DNA of 64,000 nucleotides from Hamiltosporidium tvaerminnensis FI-OER-3-3 (taxonomy: Eukaryota; Fungi; Microsporidia): contig CM061254.1 of assembly GCA_022605425.2 (NCBI GenBank), positions 124,001 to 188,000 on the forward strand. The letters are read 5' to 3'. Shown here piece after piece: positions 40,501 through 55,526 of this stretch. The notes beneath the pieces are model-generated. The model ran no database searches. It had not been told where the DNA came from and worked only from the letters and a program-made list of their open reading frames with translations. Each line of letters begins with the position of its first letter. Positions within the stretch are counted from its first letter, which is position 1. Both the position numbers and the translations under genes were made by a program.

Positions 40501-41807
40501 TTACTTTTAGACATGGGTAAAGTACAGTGATTTGTAGTTTAGTACGATGCCTCGCTAGAAACTATATGAGAAAAGAGAAGGGTTTTATTCGGCAAAAGTA
40601 AAGTTTCTAGTTTGTATTATGCATGTATTGTATGTTTAGCTTGATGGTAAACATGCCATTCTTGTGTATAAAGAGAATAAGAAATCCTACAGTGCTTCTT
40701 GGTTACGTTTTTGCATAGCCTTTTCACCGTTATTTATTTCATCAAAGTCGTATGCAGCCTAATTTTCGTGTTTTTTTGTTTTTTCGCTACTAACATTCCT
40801 CCTTACAGCCATAAAAATCCTTAAAAATTGAAGAATTTATCGTATTACAAGGATTTTTCAAAGCGTTCATCCTTAAAAAAATATTGCCATTTTGATATCA
40901 GATATAGGCATACATAATGGAAATAACAATATCGAGAATTCAGATACATATAATAATAAAAATAGATAGATAATTTAAAATTTTTATGTTATAATAGGAA
41001 ATATGCTTAAACAAGAGTAAAGTTCTTTGCCCCAAATCTTCATAAAACTCAATATTATGTTTCGCTTAAATTCTCTACTTGTTTGGAAAAATTTAAAAAA
41101 AATAATTATGAATCCAAATTGAAAATTTTTTCTTTAGTAAGTTTTATTAATCAAAAGAGTAATTGAATTATAATACATTGTAAACTGCTAAAAAAAGACT
41201 AAAATAAATTAATTCCATTCTTTTCATAAGTTTTTATAGTTCTGAATTCGAATAAAAAATTTTAAATGTATATAAAATAATGTTTTTTTTGAATCAATTT
41301 TTAAACTGCTTATGAGATTTTAAAATTCCAAATATTAATTTAAAACCAAAGGCGAAATATAAAATACAATTTCCGGTTAATATTTTGGATTTTAATATCA
41401 ATATTCATGTTATAAAATATATTTCCACTAAATACACAATTTGATCTTAATCAAATAACTTTTATTGTAACATTTATACAATTTTTCTGATCGTCTTATT
41501 ATTTTTCTGAAAAAAAGTCATTGATAAGAAATGTGAGATGTTTTATAGGTTTTTGTTTCTCAAAGTGAACAAAAAAAATTTCATTCTATAAATTAAGAAA
41601 AACGAATACTTCCAAAAAGAGAAATTAATATATTTACAATGTATTTTCAATAAAATATCCCTTATGTTAACATAATATTGTTAAATAACGCATATAAATA
41701 ATTTTAATTTTTTATAAAAAAAATTATAAAATTAAAAAAAGTTAATATAACCAAATTGAGTAAAATTGATAAATATTTTAAAAATGAAAAAAAATGAACC
41801 GTTATAA

Positions 41808-42328
41808 ATGTATAAAATGAAACAACTTTTCATATTATTCAGCATTTTTTTAAGACTATATTGTTCTCAAAACCATCCTTTGTATAAGGAAAATGATATT
41901 TCATTGATAAAAGAATCAGAAGATAGTGAGAAATCAAATACTTCGGAAGCAGTGACGGAACGCCTATTGATGATCGCTCTTCCTATAAAGTGGACAAAAG
42001 CGACACATTACAAGTAGCTAATGATGGAGGAGAAAGTCTTACATAAGCAGAATCACCCAAGCCCAGATCATGGGGGCAAAGATTTTTAGATTGGATAAGA
42101 ATATTGCCGTTCAAACCTTCTTCTAATTCGAATGTTGATACTCGTTCTAATCAAAAAGGTATAATATCTGGTCAAAGAGATAGTCTTTCAGCTAATCCCT
42201 TGACTAATTCTGATAGTCTGCAGCATGGTAGCGATGTAATTTATGGTATTGGTGTTTCTATAGCAATTACTAGGTATAGTTCTGCAGGGTGGCAATCCGA
42301 AAGTGAATATTCCAATACAAGGAATTAA
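41808..42328 (+). pseudogene. Disabled 'YCS' secreted-family gene (frameshift in about 41930-42010, TAA at 42044-42046)
   Basis: MKQLFILFSIFLRLYCSQ signal and the upstream ~60 bp align with the 5597 gene; second frame continues TLQVANDGG...AITRY, paralleling SYSLPNDGS...GITGY. Confidence 0.7.
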
Positions 42329-45300
42329 GAAGATTTCGTTTGATTAAATATTTGGTGAAAATTCCAGATTTTTTATAATTTTATGATATTTCACTAAAAT
42401 TCAAGCCTTTTTAAGAGGAAAAAAATTATATTCGCTTTTTTATATTCGTAAATTTAACTTTTGATAAAAGTAATCTTATGAGTTGATTTTTCGCCTTTGT
42501 TGAAATACTCTGTAGTAACTTGTGAAATTACAAGACTGAATAGTATTTTACTTTTTAAAGTATTGTGACTGCAAAGTTAATTGTTACCCGAAACAATATA
42601 ATACCGCGAAATGGATAATAAAATTTTTTCGCAAAAAAATAATTTTAAGTTTACTTATCATGATATGTTGATTAAAAATGTACAAAATAGAAAAATAGAT
42701 ATTTTGAATAGGTTAATCTTTTTTAATTCATTAATATTAAATATAAATGCAAAATTAAAAAAGAAATTACACGTTAAAAGCCAGAATTAGCCTGCTTTCC
42801 TCTTATAATTATTATAATATCGTAAAATGAGGTATTATACAAGCATCACGGTTCTCGGCCGAGCGTATTATTTTTTCTTATTTTATTCGCATAGTTTAAT
42901 AATGTCTTCGTGCAAATAGATAAAAATGAAAACCTTTATTGTTTTGTTCGCCTTATCAAAATTTCATGATATTAAATGGAAATGTATTTTGGTATTCTAG
43001 TTAAGATTTCGCCAGAGTTTTAGACTTTGAAATTTAGTTTATTTGCTTTTTGATGGATTATTATCTTTTTTAGAACTGAATTTGTGGGTTTATTGCAAAT
43101 GTTGGAATATTATTGTATTTTTGGATTTTTTATTTTGATAAGCACATTTGCACCATCTAGTTTATAATAATAATAATTCAAATTGTATTGTGGAAGTCTT
43201 TTGTTATAAATATTTTATTTTAACTATCATACTCATAAAATTTGAATTCCGGAAATAATTTCACGTAACTAAATATTCCTATAAATTTAATTTCCAATTA
43301 CGATTCAATTTATTGTAAATTCAAATCGTAATGATATTAATATACTAATCTAATTCACTGTAGTTTTATAAAAAAAAGTATTTTCGAAATACCATAAGTT
43401 GTAGATATATTTTATAATCCATTTCGTCGATTCATCTGTAATCATGTATATTTTCAATATTTTCGAGCTCATCTTTGTATTCTTTTTCAGATTTGAATTT
43501 TAAAGGCGTAACCTAGAGTATTTCTAAATTAAAATAAATTATATGAAAACCAGATAACTTTTCGCATAGGAAAGTAAACAATATAGAACCCGTAACTTCT
43601 TAACAAAAAGCAATTGAATCTTTTATTACAATATAGCATGTTTATTTTTTTCGGATAAGTCAACGTTATAATCATACATATTAGTACAACAATAAGCGAT
43701 TTTCAATATTTAATTTAAGTTAAATGAATTGCAATATCTAACATTCATTTCCGGATCAGTAAAAATTCTGCTCTATCATAGCAAATATGCTTAATACATT
43801 TAATCTTAATTTGTTTTGTTTGACAATTTTACCCAATCAAAATTTTATTCTCAAGAAGCCTTTCACACGAAAGATTACGCAAGAGTATACTTTTCGTTAC
43901 GAAAAATTAACAATCGTACTATAACATATGGCCAACATACGGATTAAACTAAGTAATGCTTCATATAATTGCAATACAAAAAACAATTTCAGGTTATGAG
44001 ACGTTTATTAAATCTTCGTAAAGACGTAACACGTTTATTTAATTTTTATAAAGTGAGGTTTTTGTTATTGAATGAAGTGATTCGCTCTGATAATAATCTA
44101 AATATGCAAGATTTTAGATACCCATAATATTTTTCTATATTTCACTCCGGGCTACGGCCTAGCTATTCTAGAATACGATGATTGGTTCAAAATTTAAAGG
44201 CAAATATTTTTCGTCAACAGATAGCAATTATTTGAAAATTTAATTGGTTATGCTTTTAATAGATTTTCTGTATTTTGGAATATTTGAGACATTTGTAGTA
44301 AATATTTTTGTTCTTTGAAATAATGCTTTTGTTTTCTGATGGAAACAGCATTAATAAATTACTTTTTAAATAATGAACAGTACTTCTCATTCGTTGCCTT
44401 TTCTACTCGAAGAAATTAAAACTTTATAATTTTTGTTTTGGAATTCTAATCAACTAGTATTTAAATTTTTACTTCAAATTTCACCGATAAGTTGTTCTTT
44501 GCTTTAGCTAAGTTTACACAACCAAAACAATGCTTGGCTTGTCTGATATATGTTGCATGGACATGGATTAACTTATTTTTTAACAGATAATTCATCCATC
44601 TAAGATGTAAATTTTGTAATATACTTTTATAGATTGCAATTTTTTTAAAATTTGAAACTATATAATATTATTCTCGCCGGCATATAAATTTACATTCTTA
44701 AAAAGTTTATGTAAGTATTTAATCGCGTGTTATTTATTCTTGAAAGAAATTAAATTATCATAATTCCCATTATCTGTTTTTAAAAAAATCATAATTTATT
44801 CTTCCAGTATTTGTCAATCAGAAAAATATAAAAAAGCAGAGACTGTAATTTTTCTCAGACTTTTTAGTTAATATAAATATCATCAAAAACATATTTTTAC
44901 AAGATGAATTTCGAATAAACGTAATGGTATACCATTGCTTCACTTTGCTAAGTTACTCGCTTTGATTTTGAAATTAGAAATCATAAAAACTGAATCACAT
45001 ATTTTAGCATAGTTTTACGGTGTAGAATTTAGAACTTACTCATTTTCTTATTCCTATCTGTATACTTCTTTTTGAAGATTATTCAATTTTATTAATAGTA
45101 TAGCAATAAATTACAAAGAGATTGATTATATAGAAAAATCTTTTAGTATAACTTATGAAATTATTGTGAAGTATTAGTGAAAGCAGGTTGAAGAGAGAGG
45201 GACAGATAATATATTTTTAAACTAGAATTATTTTTGTAAGTATAAAAATTTTTAAATAATTCGTGTAATATTTTAAAAAAGAATATACATCGTATAAAAA

Positions 45301-45589
45301 AAATAGTTGATGGTTTTTTTATAATAAGCTGAGAAAGAAAAAATTACTCGATGAATTAAAAATAAATTTTCTAAAAATAGAAAATGAAATAAACTAGAAA
45401 TATATTTAAAGAATACAAAAACACGTTTGGATATGAGTAATTAACAGAACCCTGAAATATCAAACTAAAATGCATTTTCTTAAATTAAGAAATACTTTAT
45501 TTACTATAAATAGAAACAACCATCACTCCTACCTAATTTAAATATATTGTATTTTTTATAAAGAAAATAGGACCGTTAAAAAATCAGAA

Positions 45590-46085
45590 ATAAAGCAAAT
45601 TTTTATGTTTTTCTATACTATTACAAAAATCTATTGCTCTCAAAATTTGTTTTGGTACAGAAATTAAAGAGTTTTGACAATACAGAGACCTAATGATTTA
45701 GCGAGTTTCAATGGCTCTGAAACCAAAGAGGGAGAAATATTACGGGATAGATCTTCTGATCAATTCGGTACCAAAGTAGAAGATTCAGTGAAAAAGGTTT
45801 TTACACAGAGAATATTGAGCTATAAAACACAAAAATATAAAACCACCGAACATGAGAAATACGGACAAAAAAAATCCAGGCAAAACTATAGATTTTTATT
45901 TCTTTAACATACGAAGAGAATCAGCCAATAAAAATAATTATTGTGTGTGGGAAAATTCTGTTAAACTAAAAAATGAAACCAACCCATCATTTGAACAAAA
46001 AGAAGTTGTGCCAATCACCATATCCTTCGAAATTAAAAAGCAAAATCCTTCTGAAGCTGAAAAAAAAAGAGACAACAAGAACTAA
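45590..46085 (+). pseudogene. Disabled 'YCS' secreted-family gene (ATG>ATA at 45590, TAA at 45665-45667, probable frameshift in the A-run near 45870)
   Basis: IKQIFMFFYTITKIYCSQN aligns with MKQLFILFSIFLRLYCSQN; same GACCGTTA upstream motif; in frame with ORF 45674..45907. Confidence 0.62.
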
Positions 46086-49000
46086 TGGTTAATTAAATAT
46101 TCATTAAAATTTATGTTTTTTCACGGTTTTTCTATATTATAAAGATTAACTTTCAAAACACTTTTTATGTAATTTTTGAGAAAATGTGCTCGTTTTTATA
46201 TTTTTGATTTTTCATAGTTAAACAAAAAATATTAGGATTTGATTTTTCTTTTATTAAGTTATATGTTTCATTTTAAACATTTACAAACAAATTCATTGTA
46301 CTAATAGAATTTTAACAATTCAGTTGTATTCTAACCGTCTCAAAATGCAGAAATTTTTTATAGTTTAATATAATCAGATTATGAAATATTTTGAAAAAAA
46401 CTTAAAATCCCACCGGAAACTAAATAGATGAATATGGTAAAAGAAATACCGAATTTTGGATTTATTGTTATATGCTCACAGAAACTAGAATATTACAAAG
46501 AAACCTAAATAGGTATCAATTAAAATTGGGTATTATAAGGCAAAAATATAGCGGTTAAATAAGGAAAGCAAATATTTAAAAGTGAGAAAAGTATTTATAC
46601 AAGAATTCAAGTTAACACTAGCAAAATTAATTAAAATACAAATTTAAAACTTTAAGATTACATGCGTATTAAAAAATAGGGTTTTGTTTGCTTTGAGTGA
46701 GGCATATAAATCTGTAAAATATTTGTTACAATTACTTCATCTTCTTGCTAAAAAACTAATTTTCATAGATTTGTGTAATCTTCATAATTATCAATGAATC
46801 TCTATATGTATTGTAAAGACAATGGAATCAAATATTATAACAGTTTTTGACAAATTTTTATTAATAGATCGGTTTTATTTTGAACCAATAAATTTTTCTT
46901 TCTAAATCTATATTTCTCCATTCAATTCATAAAGATAATGATAATTTTCGAATTTATTTAAACATTTAATCATATATTCATTGGCTCCATGAGTTTCTTT
47001 ATAAATATTTTTATATATTTCTATTTTTTATGGAAGTATATTAGTTGTAGCTATTACGATTGAATGTATTCAAGAGATCATTATGAAATATCGTTCATTA
47101 CAATTCTATTGTTGATTAAAAAGATTATTTATATTTAGATATTCTGTAAATTGTAGATTGATCGAGAGATTATTATAAATTCTATCGTATTGTTTACTTA
47201 GCGTCGATAGTTTGGATTTAATAATGCATATATTTTTGTTTTGGTTGGATTCTTTATTTTCTTGACAGAAAAATTCAACTGTGAAAAAACATAGGCTCTC
47301 AAACTATATTTTAGAATTTATATATTTAATCTATAAATAATTTTGATTTAAAAATATACTTAGTTCGTTTTTCAAGGCCTAAAATAATTGTAAAAACACC
47401 AGGTATAACTATTGTGCTCCTAAGTTCAGAAATAACTTTATCTTCAAAATTAATGAGTTTCTAGCGCATAGATAAAAATATAACATAAGCGCTTTGTTTG
47501 ATAAATTTTATATTTTATTCTGTTTCTTCTAACGTATCGTGTTTTTTTGCTGAATATGTCCCATTACCCGTCAATTTCATAAAAAAATAAAGTCTATGCG
47601 ACTCTAAGAATGTTTAAAAAATTGGCAATTTTAAATATTCTGTAGCTACAACAAGCTTTTAATTAAAGAAAAAATATGGAGTTAGAATTCCAATTAAATT
47701 CTTTCTAAGTTGTTTTGTTGCAAAAAAGTTACTGAGAATATATCTCCTTGAACAAAAAAATGTTAATGAATATGAGATATCATATAGATTATCAAGCAAG
47801 TTGTATTTAGTCGAGAATTCTTAAAATGGCAACACAAGAAATAGTTATAAGTGCTCTGAAAAGTTGTTAATTCTTTTATTTTATTTTTTAGAGTGATATT
47901 TAGGATAATAGAGAAAATTCTTTGTAACATTTTTAGATCCGAATTTATCAATATTTAGTCTTCTGAGGAATGTTTTATTATGTTTTCGACTTTGAATGCC
48001 TAATTCTCTTCAAATTCATAATTATTAGAACGAATTTTAATGAAATTATTTCAGCTTTTAAAGATATTTTTCAGGAAAATGCTTTTTTTACAAATATTCG
48101 AATACTGCTTTGGATAATCATATAATTTTAATGTTTCAAATATATGTTATAAGTTATATTTTGGATGTAATAGACAAACTTGTTTCCGGTTTTAAAGACT
48201 TATTTGGCTAATTATAAATATAAATAATTTTAATCCCATTTTTTGATTTATACCTCAAGAAATTCAACGTTTTTTTGCAATAAGTACTATTAAAATATTA
48301 TAATAATCAAAATCACAGTATAACTTGAAATGCTAGTAATAGAATTATAGTTTAAATAAACTACATCTTTTGGTATGATTGTGATTTTCCATATATTGTT
48401 ACAGGCCAATAAAACAGAAAATTATTTTACAAAGGCAATTTACCCGGAACTATTGGCTATTTAAATTTATATGAATAGAAAAATTAGTTAGTTTTTTTTG
48501 AAAGAAAGGTTATGTTGAACATTTTTTTTATAAGATTGAATAAAAACAGCCATGATTTGCAAATAAATTTTAAATTGTAAATTAAAAGGTACCTTTGCAC
48601 CTTAGATAGAGTTCATGAGATTATAACAACTAAACACGATATTATACTTTTTATAGTTTTTTTTGAAGGTATTTGGAAACGTATTCTAGCGTTAAAGACT
48701 ATAAAAATTATATTAAAAAAATATCATATCAATTTTCACTGCAATGGTAACATTCTTTTAAGTTAAAAAATTATAAGTACTGATTATATCTCTTCATATA
48801 TTTTTAAGTAATCTTTAAAGGCAAAAAGTATGAATTACACACGTCTCTGTTACCAAAACCTCTTAATTATTATTATAAAGTTCTAAATTCACCTTTTTAG
48901 TTTATATACAACCTGAAGTTTAAGAAGATTTTAATTGTGCCAAAATGCGATGCGGATTATGCCTGAGTAGCAGCTTAAATTTATAAAAATACCAAGTTGG

Positions 49001-49169
49001 GTGTAAACTACATTTATATTTATGATGAGATTCTTTTTTAGACGCAGAGAAAAATAAAAGTTTAAGCGTGCGTTAGTTCACACCGTACTTCTTTTAATTT
49101 ATGTAATAAACATTAATTTTTGCGACACGTAAGAAACTCTATTTAAAATTATCAAATCTTTATAAAACA

Positions 49170-49870
49170 TTAAGTGTTATATGTGTTTTTATGACATTAA
49201 TGCAGTCCTGGATCTAAAATAAATAGCTGCTACCTTAACACTCTATTGATATGTCCTGCGATACCTACGTTCCAAAGCCTTCCACCTACAAGTATCTAGA
49301 ACCTAATTAATAGGCGAGGAAGTTGCTCGAAGTTCTTTATGTTTGTTGCATGGAGTAGGATCGGATACCGAAGCCACCCCGGGGCTTCCCGATACTATGC
49401 AGCATTCCCACTTACTTTACGCTTTCCGAACCTGATAAACCTTTAGCGTAGATTTTCTTAAAGACTTATATGGGGTCTACGCAGACAGTGCAATTGCATA
49501 CGAACGTGTATAACCTACATCTTAGCTTTCTTAGTTGAAGAGGTTTATTTTTTATTTTTATCGGGCGCCAAATCTTCTAACCCGAGTGAGAAAGGTTAGG
49601 TTTCCATGCTTTTATTTGGAAATCACCTACAAGTTCAGCTTTGGGCTACATTCTAGTTACATAAAGAACTAGAAAATAGATTTGACGGAAAAGTTTCGCC
49701 ATTTCGTAAATTTTCTTCTCGTCATACAAACACCTATGGAACAACCAAATATGTAGTGTTGTTTTATTCCTACCAAAAATCCAAACAAAGACTTCCACAC
49801 CAATTTCACATATTCGTACCAAGAAGAAGGTTTTTTATTTGATTATCTTTCCTCTATCAGACACGTAGAA
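49170..49870 (-). ncRNA. Candidate ~700-nt structured RNA / dispersed repeat, copy 2
   Basis: Diverged inverted copy of 9450-10147 (exact shared blocks TAGAACCTAATTAATAGGCGAGG, ACTATGCAGCATTCCCACTTACT, TCTTCTAACCCGAGTGAG); retains the helices. Confidence 0.55.
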
Positions 49871-52399
49871 ATATTCATATAATTTTCTTATATAAAAAAA
49901 AGATTAATATTTATAGAAAGTAGAGTAAATTATTAAAGGAATTTCTATATTTAAAAGAAAAGAGTAAAAAAATAAATGGATCGACTATAAAGATAAATGA
50001 TGAATAATCCAAAGCAACCCAATTATATATTCAAATTATTTTTTTTAAAGTAAAAAAAGTAAATTTAGAAAACTTAATCTGGCAAATATTTATTTAGAAA
50101 GGCGGTTTGATTCTTTTTAAAAAGCTTTTTTCGTACAAATGGTGATTTTGATTTATTGAGTTAAAGCAAAAAAACCAATTGTGAATTTTTAAAATAACGT
50201 AGACATTAATCGTTCTAATAATTTTATTGTTTTCTGATCTGACTTTAATACGAGTCGATATTAGTTATGAAGTAAATTATATTAGATATTTGGACATACC
50301 CAGTTTAAATAAATATATAAATGAGGGAAGTTCTTCTTGTGATTTCGGTTTTAGATCTAGAAAAAAACGGTTTTATAAACAAAGAGATTAGCTAGGAACA
50401 CCACAAAAATTTTAATGTTTGGAAGAAAAAACATATTAAATTTACATCCAGATAACTGAGTTAAAAAAGAATGGTATCAGTGCTCAGGATTGCTGATGAT
50501 TAATTAATTGGGCCGTCGTAGCTAGTAGAAGGGCCTAGCACAATTGTATTAGAAAGAATTCTGACCTAATAAATTACCCGCAAAAAAGGTTTTCTGAATT
50601 TTTTTTGGAAGCTCTAGACACGAAAATAATTCTAAAAAAAGGCAAAAAATTATCCTGAAAACAAAATATTGGGAATGAGAATCTAATTTAAGACAAAGAA
50701 GAAATTAAAATGATTGTTCTAAAGATAATAGAAATGAAAAAAAACCTAGAAAAATTGGTAATGAAAAAAATAGAAAAAACTTAAAATATCTATAATTTTC
50801 ATTCTTATGCTTATCTATCGAAGATTTTAGTTAGAAAACTTTATTTTTTACAAAAATATCAAGTTATATATTCATTGTACTTTCGAAGTTTAGCATTAAG
50901 CGCTAAAACATAATATCTAATTATTATTTTAACTGATAAATTTATTTTTACAAACAGTTGAAAAATTTTGACTTTATGTTTGCCTGTATTAACCATTATT
51001 TCCTAAAATATTTATTTGATTCAGATTTCAATCTTTAATCTTGTAATTGCATATATTAGTTGCTATTTTACTAAATAATATACATATTGGTTTTAGTTTC
51101 CTAAAATTTAATTCAGAATTGCTTATTATTAAAAGTGGAGGTTCCATTTATTATCGCGTTTTTTTTGAATATTTATTTTGAAATTTCTTCGTACATATCA
51201 AATTATTCATTTTGTCATTTTCATATCATTATCACTAGATATATAGGTTTATGTATTTATATGTAATATACAGGAAATACAATTTTGATAAGACTTTTCG
51301 GCAGCTAAAATTAAAAATATATTTTTCAGGTTTATATTTTCAAAAAATATTAGGAAATTATACTCTATAAAGTCGAGCTAAAAATAGTTTATATGTAATT
51401 ATTATAAGATTTTGAATGTATGAGGATATGATCTGAGGGCAGTGACGCTGCCTAAAGAGTATGACTCTACTATAAAATCTTTTCTTGCCTATTTTTCATG
51501 ATTATAAAACCTTTTTCAAAATATTTATGATTAGATGTTCGATTTCCATTGTCTTGCTTCTTTCCTTATCGAATAGAAAATCTGGAAGAGAATAAAATCA
51601 TTGGAAAATTCTTAATATTTCATTTTTTTGTAGAAGTGTACTAGATCCAGATTTGATTTTAATCTTTATAAATAACTTTTTCAAAAATTATAATAGATTT
51701 AATGATATTTTAAAAAAGAATGCCACCATTTTAGAAAAATTACAATTTTATTCGTCTCAACAGAAGAATATGGCAGAAAAGAAATGTAAAGCGAAAATAA
51801 AAATGAAAGGCTTCAAACCCTTCAAAAAATATATTATAAATATGCAAATTATGTTTCAAATTGGTTAAAAGTATATCACAAACTTACAATCTATCTGAAT
51901 TTAACATACCAATTATTTACTACCAATAAATGGTCATAGGAGCGCCCATGTCGATCGCTTGACACTATGGCTAATTTTTCTGCAGTAATGCCACCTCTTG
52001 GACTCTCAAAAGCAGGAAAACCACAATAATGCCCACGTCAGAAAGTAGTCAACTAAAATAAAACGTTAAATATAAAATTTTACTTGAATTAAATTTAAAC
52101 TAGCTTCTATTCTTATGCATATGAAAGAGATTTAAGGAATGTCTGGAATATGGTCAGACTTTCTGGGTTAGTATATTGAGAAAATTGGCGAATATTTACA
52201 TCGATGGGTCAAATTTTAGCACATAATGAAAAGAAAAGAATATTAAGGCAAAGAGGTATGAAGAGCATTGTAATATTGCCAGAATTCTTAACGCCCCATG
52301 TTTCCGGGTAGATACCGACCGTTATTTAACGCAAGAAAGAAGTACTTGTATTATCATAGGTATTCTCGAAAGAGGTGACCCAAAAGTAGTGCTCGAATC

Positions 52400-55100
52400 C
52401 AAAAATGCTTACCTTAAATTAGTTCATAGTAAAGTCTTAACTTATATAGTTTAATAATATTGGAATGTGCTAAATATCATGTCTTGATAATGATAACAGG
52501 CAGAACATGCATTTTTTTGGGTGGCGCAGGTATGCCATGACCAGACAAAAAGAAAAAAAAGGCATTGGATCTTGCTTAGAAGAAAAACATAGAAAGTAAA
52601 ATTTATAAGCCAATAAATTATAAATGTTGCGTCGAGTAACTTTCAGACCAAAAGAACACATTTTCTGATAAAGAAAAACGGCAGAAAAGCCAGAAGAAAC
52701 ATACTTTGGCTTAATAAGTATTATATTTTCGCAGCTTAAGATAGAAAGATTGAGGATTTAGATGTTTATGAAAAAATTCTTTGGTTAAAAGTTGATGGTT
52801 TATCAAAAAAGAGGTGACTTTAATAAAGCTATTTCGAGGTTGATTTCAGTAAGTTTTATATGAGCGTGTTGATTCCAAGCTTAAGATTTGTCTTTTTAAA
52901 TGTGAGTTTGTTCTTTCCGATACCTTATTCAAAAATACAATCTTTTTTAACGATCCTATATTTCTTTTATATCAAACTTATATTAATGGTTTTTTCTTCG
53001 CATCATAAATTAATTATTGTTTTAGTCTCGAACGAATAACTGTAGGAATTAATGCTATAATATTTTCTATATCAAGAACTTAGGAATTCTTAAATATATT
53101 TTTGATATTATGAAATACATATGTTTAAGAAAATCGCTATTATCTGAAGGTTTGTCTAGGGCCTATATATTATTATTTACAGGTTTATTAGCAAGAGCTT
53201 AGACTACTGAGCGATTTCCGATAACCCAAACTGATAAAGTTTACAAATAACTGTAATTTGATGCCGTTCACAAAAAGAACCGGTATTATTACATACTAAA
53301 CTTTATTAAAGGCGGTAGGGTTTTGCGAGACGCAAAAAAGCAGGTGTTTTGAACGTTATTTAAGTAAACTGTATACAAACCCGATATAATTCTACATCCA
53401 TTTTGCTGTAAAGGAAGTTTTTGGTTATTGTGCTATGGATTCAATTCAATGGCTCGAATCATCTGATTAGATTTGAAAATATCAAAATGAAAAGACCTGG
53501 GATGAGCATTTAAATAAATGATATTAGTTTAGAGGTTTTTTTGTGAAAATCGGTTTTTGCTTCTCATTTTTGTGTCGTGTACAAGTCAGTTCGCTGAACT
53601 CATTTAGAATAACCAAGTGGCCGAAATGAAGATATGGTTTTATATATAATCATATTTTGTAAGATGTTGTTCGATGGTTTCTCTAGCTAGGAATACACTG
53701 AAAAAAAGACATGTGTAGAAATATGTAGAAAGATTAAGAAAATTGATACAAGTAAAACGTGTTTTTTCTGAAATTACTACTTCTTCTGGAAAAGTTTCTA
53801 TGATGAAAAAAGTAATGTATATTAGATAATAGCAAAGGGCAATTACACAATAGTTCATGAGAAACTAATGATGCGATTTAAATAAGAATATAAAAAATAT
53901 TTATAAAATTAAATAATGAAAATCATTATATGAAAAACATTTTCATACATTTAGATCAATGATATAATAGGAAAAGTTCCGATTTTAAATAGCGGATTTT
54001 GCTGGATTTCAGAATGCGATGCGTGCTTTCGATAACATAAGGTGGTTTATTTGCCAAGGAGCCTCTGTATCTATCAATATAAAAACCCAGACGAGCCATT
54101 CATAGTATTGTGTTGTAAACGAATGTTTTATTTTTACTCTTAGATGCTTTGAAGAAAAATAAAAATTATCACCAAAAGAAACAGCAATCTTAAAGGTATA
54201 AAATCAAACTCCAATACTTGCACAAACCGAAATTATTGAAAAGTAAGATATAGATTTGAAAGAGACAACTCAAATAAATTTTACAAAAAAAATATAATTC
54301 GAAATTTATAGATAAGATATCTTTCAAAGTTATATTATGCTAGAAATAATGGGTTATCAAGTGTCGGAAATTTTCTAAATGGCATGGAAAACGAATATAA
54401 CAAACGTTATGAAAGCCATCTGGTTTTTCAAAAAGAATGTATGTATCGAAATAGAAGAGATGTTTTAAACTTCTAGTCAATCTGATAAGACTGGGTATAA
54501 TTTGCAAACTAGGTATAAAAACACCTAAAGAACATAAAAATATGGCCTTAATATTTGTTTTAATAGCTTCATCTATTTGATCATAAAAAATATAAATCAT
54601 TGTTCTGCTTATAAGGTAAGTGTTACTCGGCTTAAATTTTTTTAAAAGGTTCTAAATAACGGAGGACAATATTATAACAACCTATGGCTAATTCATAAAT
54701 ATATTAAAAATATTTATTTTGGATAAACGATTAGCTAAGAATACTAATTTAGGCAGAAGTACTTCGTATAAGTCTTTTCAGATTCTTTAAATGAAAAAGT
54801 ATAAAAGTAAGCCTGTTTAGCAAATATTGCAATTCTTATCTGTAATTTAAACGCAGATACTATCCTTTATAGAGTAAAAGAGCAGATATTATCACTAATA
54901 TCATAGAATAGACACCAGAAAGTTTCGAATATTTGTAATTTACAAGCTTCGGGCTACTACTTGGACCTAAAAATATATTTACTAGATTTTTACATGCTTT
55001 AAAGTTATTCTTAGTCAACAAAAAACTTAACGAAAATTAAAAGGATTTTGGATGGTCGGGAAACCCGCGAGGCATTATACCCTAGCCAAAGCTTCACACC
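52400..55100 (+). mobile_element. Highly decayed R4/Dong-like element upstream of LRR copy B
   Basis: VAQVCHDQTKRK..KNIESKI near 52520-52600 and FSKWHG near 54370; colinear with 33000-35800 (-). Confidence 0.45.
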
Positions 55101-55526
55101 TATATTATTGAAGTATAGGGTGTTAATAAAACATCAGCAAAACAAATGGGCTTCAATGTGGAGATAAAATGACCAAGATTATAATATAATTAAACTATTG
55201 ACAAGAGGTCTTATTATAATATCACGAGCCAGTTTAAAACGAGAAGAAGCAGACCAAATCTAGCGAAAACGAGATAGAAAATAGCCCGAAATTAGAAAAT
55301 TTTTATTTATTTCCAAAATATGCAAAGAGCAATCATAATTGCCGATAACCTGTGGGCAGCACGGGAAATATACTGTATTGTAGTGGGGAACCAAAATTCT
55401 TGAATTAATGTATTTAATTAACGTAAATTAAAAAAATCATTTAATTTATTACTTTTTTATCTTAAAAAAGGAAATCTTCTTATCTTTAGATTAGATATAT
55501 AAATTACAATTAAAAAAATTTTTTTT

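Noticed and set aside
13635-45667. Stop-codon reassignment explaining the in-frame TGA/TAA codons
   Set aside because: Intact genes terminate with TAA/TGA, the paralogue has TCA at the 31029 site, and frameshifts co-occur.
43200-48300. Coding-like minus-strand stretches, possibly ancient LRR pseudogenes
   Set aside because: No frame could be reconstructed and no family motif anchored.
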